Shown piece after piece: positions 38,609 to 51,289 of a stretch of 64,000 nucleotides of DNA. The stretch comes from Eledone cirrhosa (lineage: Eukaryota), in the NCBI GenBank assembly GCA_964016885.1, contig OZ024763.1, positions 15,314,001 through 15,378,000 of the forward strand, in the 5' to 3' direction. The notes under the pieces are model-generated. The model made no database searches and had not been told where the DNA came from. It saw only the letters and a program-made list of their open reading frames with translations. Each line of letters begins with the position of its first letter. Within the stretch, counting starts at the first letter, position 1. Made by a program: the position numbers and the translations under genes.

Positions 38609-40146
38609 ACCGCTGCTTTGCTTAGGTGGTCATTGTATTGGCTATCTAGTGTTGATGTTGCTGTTGTCATCGTGACTGAATTCATTACTAGTGTTGTTGT
38701 TGTTGTTGTTGTTGTTACCGCTGCTTTGCTTAGGTGGTCATTGTATTGGCTATCTAGTGTTGATGTTGCTGTTGTCATCGTGACTGAATTCATTACTAGT
38801 GTTGTTGTTGTTGTTGTTGTTGTTGTTACCGTTGCTTTGCTTAGGTGGTCATTGTATTGGCTATCTAGTGTTGATGTTGCTGTTGTCATCGTGACTGAAT
38901 TCATTACTAGTGTTGTTGTTGTTGTTGTTGTTACCGCTGCTTTGCTTAGGTGGTCATTGTATTGGCTATCTCTTGTTGATGTTGCTGTTGTCATCGTGAC
39001 CAAATTCATTACTAGTGTTGTTGTTGTTGTTGTTGTTGTTACCGCTGCTTTGCTTAGGTGGTCATTGTATTGGCTATCTAGTGTTGATGTTGCTGTTGTC
39101 ATCGTGACTGAATTCATTACTAGTGTTGTTGTTGTTGTTGTTGTTGTTACCGCTGCTTTGCTTAGGTGGTCATTGTATTGGCTATCTCTTGTTGATGTTG
39201 CTGTTGTTATCGTGACTGAATTCATTACTAGTGTTGTTGTTGTTGTTGTTACCGTTGCTTTGCTTAGGTGGTCATTGTATTGGCTATCTAGTGTTGATGT
39301 TGCTGTTGTCATCGTGACCAAATTCATTACTAGTGTTGTTGTTGTTGTTGTTGTTGTTACCGCTGCTTTGCTTAGGTGGTCATTGTATTGGCTATCTAGT
39401 GTTGATGTTGCTGTTGTCATCGTGACTGAATTCATTACTAGTGTTGTTGTTGTTGTTGTTGTTGTTACCGCTGCTTTGCTTAGGTGGTCATTGTATTGGC
39501 TATCTAGTGTTGATGTTGCTGTTGTCATCGTGACCAAATTCATTACTAGTGTTGTTGTTGTTGTTACCGCTGCTTTGGTTAGGTGGTCATTGTATTGGCT
39601 ATCTAGTGTTGATGTTGCTGTTGTTATCGTGACTGAATTCATTACTAGTGTTGTTGTTGTTGTTGTTACCGTTGCTTTGCTTAGGTGGTCATTGTATTGG
39701 CTATCTAGTGTTGATGTTGCTGTTGTCATCGTGACTGAATTCATTACTAGTGTTGTTGTTGTTGTTGTTGTTGTTGTTACCGTTGCTTTGCTTAGGTGGT
39801 CATTGTATTGGCTATCTAGTGTTGATGTTGCTGTTGTCATCGTGACTGAATTCATTACTAGTGTTGTTGTTGTTGTTGTTACCGCTGCTTTGCTTAGGTG
39901 GTCATTGTATTGGCTATCTAGTGTTGATGTTGCTGTTGTCATCGTGACTGAATTCATTACTAGTGTTGTTGTTGTTGTTGTTGTTGTTACCGCTGCTTTG
40001 CTTAGGTGGTCATTGTATTGGCTATCTAGTGTTGATGTTGCTGTTGTCATCGTGACTGAATTCATTACTAGTGTTGTTGTTGTTACCGTTGCTTTGCTTA
40101 GGTGGTCATTGTATTGGCTATCTAATGTTGATGTTGCTGTTGTCAT
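37070..40146. repeat. ~120-bp compound minisatellite (about 26 copies) with variable (GTT)n, intronic
   Basis: Constant GTTGTCATCGTGAC(TG/CA)AATTCATTACTAGT + (GTT)n + ACCG(C/T)TGCTTTGCTTAGGTGGTCATTGTATTGGCTATCTAGTGTTGATGTTGCT. Confidence 0.95.
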
Positions 40147-40434
40147 TAACAGTGTATGGTTATCACTGCTACTACAGTGGTCAGTGAAGGCGATGTGGTT
40201 GATGTTGTTGTTATTGATGTTGTCTTGAATATAGCTGTCATCACACTGGTTATATCGGCCACCCTCAGAATTCTTTTATTACTCCCACTACCTGTTGAAA
40301 TCTAGCTACGCATAGACTAATGTCTAGTACAGGTCCCCACCACACACTTGAAAGGTCATCCTTTTGGTAATTTAAGACCACAGTTCTGTGGTGGGTACAT
40401 GAGACCAGATTCACTATTTGACACATAGATAACA

Positions 40435-41180
40435 CGGAGGCACATGGCTTAGTGGTTAGAGCATTGGCCTTGCAATTGAAAGGTTGTGAGTTCAATTCTC
40501 AGACCGGGTGATGTGTTGTTTCCTTGAGCAAGACACTTTATTTCATATTGCTCCAGTTTACTCAGCTGTAGAAATGAGATGATAGGGACTGGGGTCCCTA
40601 TCATTCCACTGCAAAGTGGTCGTGGATGTGCCACGGCAAAAAAAGCACCCAGCACTCACTGTAAAGTGGATGTGGAGGTGCCACGGAGAAAAAAAGCACC
40701 CAGCACTCACTGTAAAGTGGACGTGGAGGTGCCACGGCAAAAAAGCACCCAGCACTCACTGTAAAGTGGATGTGGAGGTGCCACGGAGAAAAAAAGCACC
40801 CAGCACTCACTGTAAAGTGGACGTGGAGGTGCCACGGCAAAAAAGCACCCAGCACTCACTGTAAAGTGGATGTGGAGGTGCCACGGAGAAAAAAAGCACC
40901 CAGCACTCACTGTAAAGTGGACGTGGAGGTGCCACGGCAAAAAAAAGCACCCAGCACTCACTGTAAAGTGGACGTGGAGGTGCCACGGAGAAAAAAGCAC
41001 CCAGCCCACACTGTAAAGTGGACGTGTAGGTGCCACGGCAAAAAAAAGCACCCAGCACTCACTGTAAATGAGGTTGGTGTTAGGAAGGGCATCCAGCTGT
41101 AGAAATCAAGCCAGAATCAGTTCCCGTCCCACCCTTGCAAGCAGGGAAAAGCAGACGTAAAATTGATGATGATGATGATA
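40435..41180 (+). mobile_element. SINE family A copy with about 9 tandem copies of the internal ~50-bp module
   Basis: CACTGTAAAGTGGA(C/T)GTGGAGGTGCCACGG(C/AG)AAAAAAGCACCCAGCACT repeated over 40610-41065 with alternating variants. Confidence 0.9.
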
Positions 41181-42394
41181 ATACCTTGCTCCACTAATTA
41201 TAAACACAACAGCTGGGAAAGACCCTTTAGGAACTTATATGTCAGCTGGGCGCACAAATAGAAGGATGTGTTTTTTACCTGCAGCATATCACAAATTCGG
41301 ATTTTCATGTGAAGCTACCGTTCTCATAACAACAACAAATGCATAAATTGCATCTTGGATTGCACAAGAGAACTATTGAAATAATTATTATGAATAAACG
41401 ATTTATGTAACATCAGCATCTTTATTAATGTTATTCTTATATTGAATCTCCATTGTAACTACAAACTACGAATGTAGAGAGCTTTCTTCTGCTTGCTCCT
41501 GTTTTTACCAAAAGAATTTCTACTGAATATATATATATATACACCTCTAACAAAATACACCCCCGTCCCACTACCTCCACCCCATCCACACCATTCCCTT
41601 AAATGTGAAGTTATGTTGGTACCACAACATCCAGTCCGAAACAAATGAGGTCGTGTAGGTGTCACGACAAAAAAAAACACACAGTCCACGCTGTAATGTG
41701 GCCGTGTAGGTAACACGGTAATAAACCTCCCAGTTCCACACTGTAAACGTGGTTGGTGTTAGGAAAGGCATCCAGCCGTAGAAAACCCGCCAGACAGTCC
41801 TATACGAGCAGGACAACAAATCTTGTCTCAAGTGGGAAAACTCCCGTCCAAACCCATGCAAGCGTGGAAGATGGACGTTAAACGATGATGATGATGATTA
41901 TCATGATGATATATACATACACATATACACACACATACGAATGTACATATATATGTATGTGCCCATCCATTTCTGTGTTTATATCCTGTAACTTAGCAGT
42001 TCAACAAAAAGAGATCGATAACAGACTTGGTAATAAATACTGGGGTCACTATGTTCAAATAAATCCCTTTTTAAAGTGGTGCTCCAGCATGGCCACAATC
42101 TAATGACTTTCCTTTGTTAGTTAAAACTCTTAGTGTATAATTTGATGAGAGCAGAATAAACATATGTTTAGGGTATCAAGGGAAGAGGGACACTATCTTA
42201 TTCTAAATAAAGGTGTTTAGAGCATGAAGGGAATTAGGGACACCATTTTATTTTAACCTTCTGGAGGCTGAATTTTTTTATGAATTGTTCCCTTGATACT
42301 GTACTATGTATTAAGGGGAGGTTACTCTATTGGCGCATTATATCAAATTCTGGCCGGATATGACTGGATTAAATGTTAAAGGGTTAAAAGGTCT

Positions 42395-42543
42395 TACCGT
42401 ATTTCATGGTGTTGAAGACGCTACATTTTTCCTAAAATAAGTCTCAAAAATCTATCATGCATTATTTTTTTTCAAACTTTTGGTTATCAAAATTAGGGTG
42501 CGTCCCCAAGGGTAAAGCGTCTTCGGCGCCGGGAAATACGGTA
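42395..42543. mobile_element. Short Tc1/mariner-pogo-type MITE
   Basis: TA-CCGTATTTC...GAAATACGG-TA terminal inverted repeats, with internal GAAGACGC/GCGTCTTC. Confidence 0.7.
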
Positions 42544-42706
42544 ATTTGGTCTTGGATTTGAGGTCTAAGTTAGGACCTTAAAAAGGACTTAATCCAGCCT
42601 TGGATTGGAAGTTTCAGTTGTTATGGACTTAAAAAGGGCTTATCTGGCTCTGGATTTGAGGGAGATATTTTGGTTATTTCTAAACAAATATAACATGAAA
42701 CACTTA

Positions 42707-44521
42707 AATATGAATACTAAAGGAACATTATAAAACTTTAATATGAATACTAAAGTAACATTATAAAACTTTAATATGAATACTAAAGTAACGTTATAAA
42801 ACTTTAATATGAATACTAAAGGAACATTATAAAACTTTAATATGAATACTAAAGGAACATTATAAAACTTTAATATGAATACTAAAGTAACATTATAAAA
42901 CTTTAATATGAATACTAAAGTAACGTTATAAAACTTTAATATGAATACTAAAGGAACGTTATAAAACTTTAATATGAATACTAAAGGAACGTTATAAAAC
43001 TTTAATATGAATACTAAAGGAACATTATAAAACTTTAATATGAATACTAAAGTAACGTTATAAAACTTTAATATGAATACTAAAGGAACATTATAAAACT
43101 TTAATATGAATACTAAAGTAACATTATAAAACTTTAATATGAATACTAAAGGAACGTTATAAAACTTTAATATGAATACTAAAGGAACGTTATAAAACTT
43201 TAATATGAATACTAAAGCAACGTTATAAAACTTTAATATGAATACTAAAGGAACATTATAAAACTTTAATATGAATACTAAAGGAACATTATAAAACTTT
43301 AATATGAATACTAAAGGAACATTATAAAACTTTCATATGAATACTAAAGGAACATTATAAAACTTTCATATGAATACTAAAGGAACATTATAAAACTTTA
43401 ATATGAATACTAAAGTAACATTATAAAACTTTAATATGAATACTAAAGGAACATTATAAAACTTTCATATGAATACTAAAGGAACATTATAAAACTTTAA
43501 TATGAATACTAAAGGAACATTATAAAACTTTAATATGAATACTAAAGGAACATTATAAAACTTTAATATGAATACTAAAGTAACATTATAAAACTTTAAT
43601 ATGAATACTAAAGTAACGTTATAAAACTTTAATATGAATACTAAAGGAACATTATAAAACTTTAATATGAATACTAAAGGAACATTATAAAACTTTAATA
43701 TGAATACTAAAGTAACATTATAAAACTTTAATATGAATACTAAAGTAACGTTATAAAACTTTAATATGAATACTAAAGGAACGTTATAAAACTTTAATAT
43801 GAATACTAAAGGAACGTTATAAAACTTTAATATGAATACTAAAGGAACATTATAAAACTTTAATATGAATACTAAAGTAACGTTATAAAACTTTAATATG
43901 AATACTAAAGGAACATTATAAAACTTTAATATGAATACTAAAGTAACATTATAAAACTTTAATATGAATACTAAAGGAACGTTATAAAACTTTAATATGA
44001 ATACTAAAGCAACGTTATAAAACTTTAATATGAATACTAAAGGAACATTATAAAACTTTAATATGAATACTAAAGGAACATTATAAAACTTTAATATGAA
44101 TACTAAAGGAACATTATAAAACTTTCATATGAATACTAAAGGAACATTATAAAACTTTCATATGAATACTAAAGGAACATTATAAAACTTTAATATGAAT
44201 ACTAAAGTAACATTATAAAACTTTAATATGAATACTAAAGGAACATTATAAAACTTTCATATGAATACTAAAGGAACATTATAAAACTTTAATATGAATA
44301 CTAAAGGAACATTATAAAACTTTAATATGAATACTAAAGGAACATTATAAAACTTTCATATGAATACTAAAGGAACATTATAAAACTTTAATATGAATAC
44401 TAAAGGAACATTATAAAACTTTCATATGAATACTAAAGGAACATTATAAAACTTTAATATGAATACTAAAGGAACGTTATAAAACTTTAATATGAATACT
44501 AAAGGAACATTATAAAACTTT
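42707..44521. repeat. 33-bp minisatellite, about 55 copies, abutting the death-domain exon A acceptor
   Basis: Unit AATATGAATACTAAAGGAACATTATAAAACTTT. Confidence 0.95.
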
Positions 44522-44528
44522 GTTGCAG

Positions 44529-44603
44529 ACTCAAACAGAAATGTGACTGAGCTTGATTTGAACAGAATAGCTGAGTACCTTGGAAAGAGATGGAAAATAG
44601 TCG
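44529..44603 (+). CDS. Death domain exon A of the RHIM/death-domain adaptor
   Basis: tttgttgcAG acceptor and G|GTATGT donor, 75 nt, phase 1-1. Reads (D)SNRNVTELDLNRIAEYLGKRWKIV, a death-domain helix 1-2 pattern (L..IA..LG..WK.). Confidence 0.88.
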
Positions 44604-45107
44604 GTATGTTTAAACTATTATTTATCATCATCATCACCATTACCACCACCACCACATCATCATCATCATCATCACCACCACCACCACCATTATCATCACG
44701 GCCACCACCATTATCATCACCACTACTACCACCACCATTATCATCACCACCACCATCACAGCCACCACCATTATCATCACCCCTACTACCACCACCATTA
44801 TCATCACCACCACCATCACAGCCACCACCATTATCATCACCACTACTACCACCACCACCGTTATCATGACCACTACCACCACCATTATCATCACCACTAC
44901 TACTACCACCATTATCATCACCACTACCACCACCACCGCCACCACCGTTATCATGACCACTGCCACCACCATTATCATCACCACCACCATTACCGCCACC
45001 ACCATTATCATCACCCCCACCCCCACCAGCACCACCACCATTATCACCATCAACTCCACTATCACCATGATGATGATGATGATTTTTTCTTCTCGTTTGT
45101 GTTGCAG

Positions 45108-45304
45108 GTCGCTATTTAGGCATCCCGGACCATAAACTAAGCAATATAGAAGCTGATAACAGACTAGGAATAGTTGAACATAGTTTTCAGATGCTAAAGA
45201 TGTGGTCCCAGAATTGTGAGGAGGGCAGAGGTACGGTCAACACTCTCAGTAAAGCCCTTGTTGATGCGAATTGCAATGATGCCATTAAATTCCTAAATCC
45301 CTAA
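45108..45304 (+). CDS. Death domain exon B (terminal) of the RHIM/death-domain adaptor
   Basis: gtgttgcAG acceptor. Reads (G)RYLGIPDHKLSNIEADNRLGIVEHSFQMLKMWSQNCEEGRGTVNTLSKALVDANCNDAIKFLNP*, with death-domain motifs R.LG....L..I....E...QML..W......T...L..AL. Confidence 0.9.
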
Positions 45305-45308
45305 TAGG

Positions 45309-45314
45309 AATAAA
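45309..45314 (+). terminator. Candidate polyadenylation signal of the death-domain gene
   Basis: AATAAA starting 5 nt after the stop codon. Confidence 0.4.
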
Positions 45315-45419
45315 TTGGCTGGTACCAGCTGGAATTGGCTGTAGCTGTTACCCGGAGAATTACCCGTCTGCATTGTTGAGGCTTCCAAAACGACCTAATG
45401 AAAATTAAAACTCGAGAAT

Positions 45420-45899
45420 TACCCAAACTAATTTTTTTTCAAACTTTACGTGTGTATTACTTATGTTTCAGGGAGTGTTATGGACATAAAAAAATTCAAC
45501 TTTTTCATCCCCTAGGGCCCGCATTAGGTGAAAAACTGCCTTTTTTCCAATTTTTTAGGGTTTTTTTTGAGGCGTTACGTTTTTATGGCCTAGGGCCCGC
45601 ATTACGTAAAAAACTTCATTTTTTCAGACATTACATCTAGCCGATTTTGCCGAAATTTCAAGGTATATTATGCTCATAAAAAAAATTCATTTTCTTGATC
45701 TCCTAGGGCCCGCATTAGGTGAAAACCTGCATTTTTCCTGCTTCATCGAGGAAAATCTTAAAGATTATACAGCCATCAGAGTATTCGGTTTATTTTCTTT
45801 ACATATTGTCCGGGCATGCAGTTTTTCCACAATTAGGTCTGTTGGCGACCCGTGTTCCAAAATAACTTATCCCGTGCAACGCCGGGTACCACTGCTAGT
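45420..45899 (+). mobile_element. Non-autonomous Helitron-like element (3' end clear, 5' boundary approximate)
   Basis: Subterminal hairpin CCCG-TGCAACGC-CGGG at 45871-45886, CTAG at 45895-98 followed by T, internal repeats of CCTAGGGCCCGCATTA. Confidence 0.7.
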
Positions 45900-47106
45900 A
45901 TATATATATATAAATAAATCAGAATGGATGCAGTAAAACCAGTTAGACAATTACTAACCAGAGTAATATGAAAAATTCAGGACCGCAACGGGTTAGCAGC
46001 TATATCTGAACGCTCAGATCTAGCTGTTGAAACTGCAGGAGCTCAGCCATCAGGGTCCTGAATTTTTCATATATATATCATCATCATCATCATTTTACGT
46101 CTGCTTTTACCTGCTTGCAAGGGTGAGACGGGAACTGATTCTGGCTTGATTTCTACAGCTGGATGCCCTTCCTAACACCAACCTCATTTACAGTGAGTGC
46201 TGGGTGCTTTTTTTGCCGTGGCACCTCCATGACCACTTTGCAGTGGAATGTTAGGGACCCCAGTCCTTATCATCTCATTTCTACAGCTGAGTAAACTGGA
46301 ACAATGTGAAATAAAGTCTCTTGCTCAAGGAAACAACACATCACCCGGTCCGAGAATTGAACTCACAACCTTTCGATTGCAAGGCCAATGCTCTAACCAC
46401 TAAGCCATATATATATATATAAGTTGTTCCACAGCTGGTAGTACACCATTTTTGATTAATGGAGGCACATGGCTTAGTGGTTAGAGCATTGGCCTTGCAA
46501 TTGAAAGGTTGTGAGTTCAATTCTCAGACCGGCTGATGTGTTGTTTCCTTGAGCAAGACACTTTATTTCACATTGCTCCAGTTTACTCAGCTGTAGAAAT
46601 GAGATGATAGGGAGTGGGGTCCCTATCATTCCATTGTAAAGTGGTCGTGGATGTGCCACGGCAAAAAGGCACCCAGCACTCACTGGAAATGAGGTTGGTG
46701 TTAGGAAGGGCATCCAGCTGTAGAAATCAAGCCAGAAACAGTTCCCGTCCCACCCTTGCAAGCAGGGAAAAAGCGGATGTAAAATGAAAAATAACGTGAC
46801 TTGCCTCCCTTTTGAGAATTCTGCGCATGTTTATTTGTGACATGGTCTTTTTTTTTCAATTTAACTCATTTAAACTAAGCTGATGATCAATTGAGGTGAA
46901 ACAATTTTCCCTTGGAAATCGTGTACTAACTGTTGTGGAACTACTTTTACCAAACTCGTGCCCTGGACTGAGTGCTCTACTACTGCGGATATAACCCACC
47001 AGGTTCTGCCACCATATATATATAATTGAGATGAGCGGAACAAGCAAACATTAAACAATGCTTTAAATAAATTAAAATACGATTTAAATAATCACCTGTC
47101 CAAAAT

Positions 47107-47155
<49 letters not shown>

Positions 47156-48106
47156 GTAATTAAATATGTATAAGATGTAACACTGACTCTTTGTTCCTTT
47201 TTATTTTATTATTATTAATACTCTGCTCACCATGAGCATCCAGTGCTCATCTTGGCATACCGCCTATGGACGCAATTAATTTGCACCTTTAATAGCTATC
47301 TGCTATCCCTTCTCATTCACCTCCCTTAGTGGTAACCATACCCCCCTACTACCCTGTCCACATTTTTCCCCCAAGCCCCTCCACCCTCCCTAGTCTCCAC
47401 TGTGTTGTGTCGGTGACACAACAAAGGTGCCCAGTCCACACTGTAAAGAACATCCAGCCCCAACTGTAAAGTGATCGTGTAGGTGTCACGACAAAAAGTA
47501 CCCAGCACACACTGTAAATGTGGTTGGCATTAGGAAGGGAATCCAGCCCACACTGTAAAGTGAATGTGTAAAAGACACAGCAAAAAGCACCCACACTGTC
47601 AATGTGGTTGGCGTTAGGAAGAGGATCCAGCCTTAGAAAACAAGCCAGAAACTCTCCTATATGACCGAGACATGATCACCCAACCCAACTTGCTTCTAAA
47701 TGGGACAAACCCGTCTAATCCATGCTAGCGTGGAAGATAGACATTAATCGACGATGATGATGAATGCCTATATATATATCTATCTTCCACGCTTATATGG
47801 GTTAGAGAGGAATTGTCCCATTTGAGGCAAGATTCGTTGGGTGACCGTGTCTTGCTCGTATAGGACTATCTGGCAGGTTTTCTATGGTTGGATGCCCCTA
47901 CCTAACACCAACCTCATTTACAGTGTGGGCTGGGAGCTTTTAACACAATATAATTATTCCATTACCAAAGGTTTCACGAAGTCAGACAATCCTAACAGAA
48001 GAGTCTGAATCTGCTCATTAGATAGAAATCTTTATTTGGATATCTGTACTATACATAGAGAATTCTTCTTTCCTTTACCTTTTCCACGGAAATACTTAAC
48101 ACACAC

Positions 48107-48139
<33 letters not shown>

Positions 48140-49537
48140 CAGTCAGTAGGCACCTCTTAACAAAATACACCCCATCCACACCACCCCTTTTGATGTAAAG
48201 TTATGTTGGTACCACAACATCCAGTCCGAAATAAATGAGGTCGTGTAGGTGTCACGACAAAAAAACACACAGTCCACGCTGTAATGTGGCCGTGTAGGTA
48301 ACACGGTAAAAACCTCCCAGTCCACACTGTAAATGTGGTTGGTGTTAGGAAGGGCATCCAGCCGTAGAAAACCCGCCAGACAGTCCTATACGAGCAAGTC
48401 AACCAATCTTGCCTCAAGTGGGAAAATTCCCGTCCAAACGCATGCAAGCGTGGAAGATGGACGTTAAACGATGATGATGATGATATATATATATATTGCA
48501 GCGCATGGCTTAGTGGTTAGAGCATTGGCCTTGCAATCGAAAGGTTGTGAGTTCAATTCTCAGACCGGATGATGTGTTGTTTCCTTGAGCAAGACACTTT
48601 ATTTCACATTGCTCCAGTTTACTCAGCTGTAGAAATGAGATGATAGGGACTGGGGTCCATATCATTCCACTGCAAAGTGGTCGTGGAGGTGCCACTGCAA
48701 AAAAGCACCCAGCACTCACTGTAAATGATGTTAGTGTTAGGAAGGGCATCCAGCTGTAGAAATCAAGCCAGAATCAGTTCCCATCCCACCCTTGCAAGCA
48801 GGGAAAAGCGGACGTAAAATGATGATATATAATGATGAAAGCCTTTACTGTGAAAATATAATAGCATATATAGAGTAATATAAATACTAAATGGTTAAGG
48901 GGTTGATAAAATAAAGCACCAGTAATGCACCAGGGTCGATTTAATTGACTTTCCCCTTCTCCAAAATTGCTGGCCTTATGCCTAAATTAGAAACCATTTT
49001 TATTAAGACGCTGCCTCTTAAGGATACCAACTCCAGCGTAATACTGAACCTAGAATACCACTTCGGCTTTTCTCCTCTTCTCTATACCTTTCTCATTTCT
49101 CATCTCATGCTGCAGACTCTCTTAATTCCACTTCTCCCTCTCTCCGTCCATCCACTCCATATGTGGTTATATTTTAACTTGACTCTTACCCCAGGCTGAA
49201 ATTCCTACAATTTTATGAAAAAAAAAAAAAAAATCCAGCTGAATCCGGCCAGAACTATCTCACCTCTTTCTGTTCAAACCGGCTGTAACTGGCCACTCAT
49301 ACTGATGTTAAGGTATTGTTTTCAAAATAAATCTCATCAAAATCTCATAGATTTGATATTATATGAGATAATTATGTGAGATAAAGCCTTTACTGTGAAA
49401 ATAAAATAGTAATTATTGAGTAATGTAAACGCTAAAGAGTTAAACCTTGTGAGGTTGTTAGATCTCATTTATTCTATGTAAATTTCCTGAGGATATACGG
49501 TTTGCATATAACATGTATGATATTGTTAATTAATTGT

Positions 49538-50557
49538 TACCATATATGCCAGCATACAAGTCAACATTTGGAGCCTAAAAATATCTCTCGAAAAACAGGG
49601 GTCAACTTGTCTGCCGAATATAAAATGTGAACCTCAACCACTGACGGGTAAACAGTGAAACTACCTGCCTAACACTCGTACATCACTTACCATAACTCTT
49701 ACAACTCACCACAATCATCTCCTACTGAATCTCATATTTGTTAAGTCTATTTAACATAGAGATTATAATAGCAATGACTTGCTGTAGCTCATAGGGTAGG
49801 TTACCACAGGGTAGGTTACCATAGGTTTGTAGTGACCTACATTCCGCGGGCTCACATACATTCTCTGTGCGTGATTTGGCTCAGCTCAGCCAATCAGCGC
49901 CAGTAGAAGAGGATGTATCCCTACGCGTTCTGAGGGAGAAATAGCCCGCAAAGATTTGAGGACGCGATCACTTCCAGCTAGACCGTGCTAAGGTAAACAC
50001 CACTTGTTCTTTTGCTCCGTAAGCACAAACAATATGTAACGACAAAACATTACCTACGAGCCTGGCCAAACGCCTTCAGCCAGTCGCCCGTATTTTCTCT
50101 TGTAATCTTAATTGAATTATTTCATTTCTCTTGGCATGCCAGCCTAATTCACTTCTTAACCTTGGTTAATAAATAATGTAAAAACAAGCTAAAGTCGTTG
50201 TCGATATTCCTATCATATCTTTCTACCAAACCTGGTTCTTCGTGGCAACCTTACCAACTTCTAAATACTTCTCTGCTAAATTGGTGACTTATATTCAACA
50301 AAGAGAAACATTCCTTTTCTTTAGGTTCGTTAAGGCTGGTTTACTCAGTGAGTTTGAACTGACTTGTGACTGAAATGTTTTAGAAGTGTCGTAGCCTTTA
50401 GATGCCACTAAATATTTTGAATTATTTCATTTGCAACTGCCTTATTTTTTGGGGGGTCATCTCATTAGGCAAATATAGGCCTAAACCTGAATAACACCTC
50501 TGAATTTTAGGGGTTGATCTTTGTTCCAGATTGATTTGTACGCCGGCATATACGGTA
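49538..50557. mobile_element. Non-autonomous TA-flanked DNA transposon (pogo/Tigger-like ends)
   Basis: TA-CCATATATGCCAGCATACAAGTCAA ... TTGATTTGTACGCCGGCATATACGG-TA. Confidence 0.7.
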
Positions 50558-50869
50558 ACTAATAATTTCATATCCTTCATTTTTTTCTTCTAATATTGAA
50601 TTTTAATGCTCTGCTATGTGAACCGTCTTTAACAACAGGATATTTAATTCTTGATAACTTAATTGTCCATTTTAAACTCTTGATGAACTAAGGACTGTAA
50701 TGTGCAGAGAGCTTCTCTCATCTTACCATAGATAATTGTGAATTACTACACTATAATCACTTATTCTATATATATATATATATATACACACACTCATATA
50801 TGTGAGTTTATATATATATACATATGATGACTGCCCCCTCGTTATCAAGTATGGTCATTGCATGATTAA

Positions 50870-51270
50870 AAAAGAACAAAAAACATATATTGATAATTAA
50901 CGGTGCTGCGATTGAATGTGGCTTTTTAGCCCAGCCAATGATCTAAAAATTCTTGCACAGAGTTGGCAACCATAATAAAAACATTCACTGGCAATAGCCG
51001 GATGTGGTTGGTCTTCATGTACTTTTGCATGTCGTTGGAGCCCTCCTGCTGATCTACACTCACTCTTTTCCACATGCTTGACAGGTATGATGAGTAGCAT
51101 CTCTGACAGCAGCCTGGAAGGCAACCACTGGTCTTACTTTATGACTGTGAAGATGGCTTTCGAGTCCAGCTTTGCCGAGGTAGAGTCTTGCACAGACGCT
51201 GCATGTCAGCGACATAGGAGGACCTTCGCTGTCTGGAAATGTAACAGCAATGCCTTTCCTGACATTCCTT
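50870..51270 (-). mobile_element. RTE/BovB-like LINE 3' relic with C2H2-like finger
   Basis: ..CRSAGGLQRHAKVH..CQLCARIFRSLAGLKSHIQSQH. Confidence 0.65.
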
Positions 51271-51289
51271 TTTCAGTAAAGTTAAAATC

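Noticed and set aside
37070-40146. CRISPR-like repeat/spacer appearance
   Set aside because: The variable parts are only (GTT)n length changes, not unique spacers; eukaryotic context with no cas genes.
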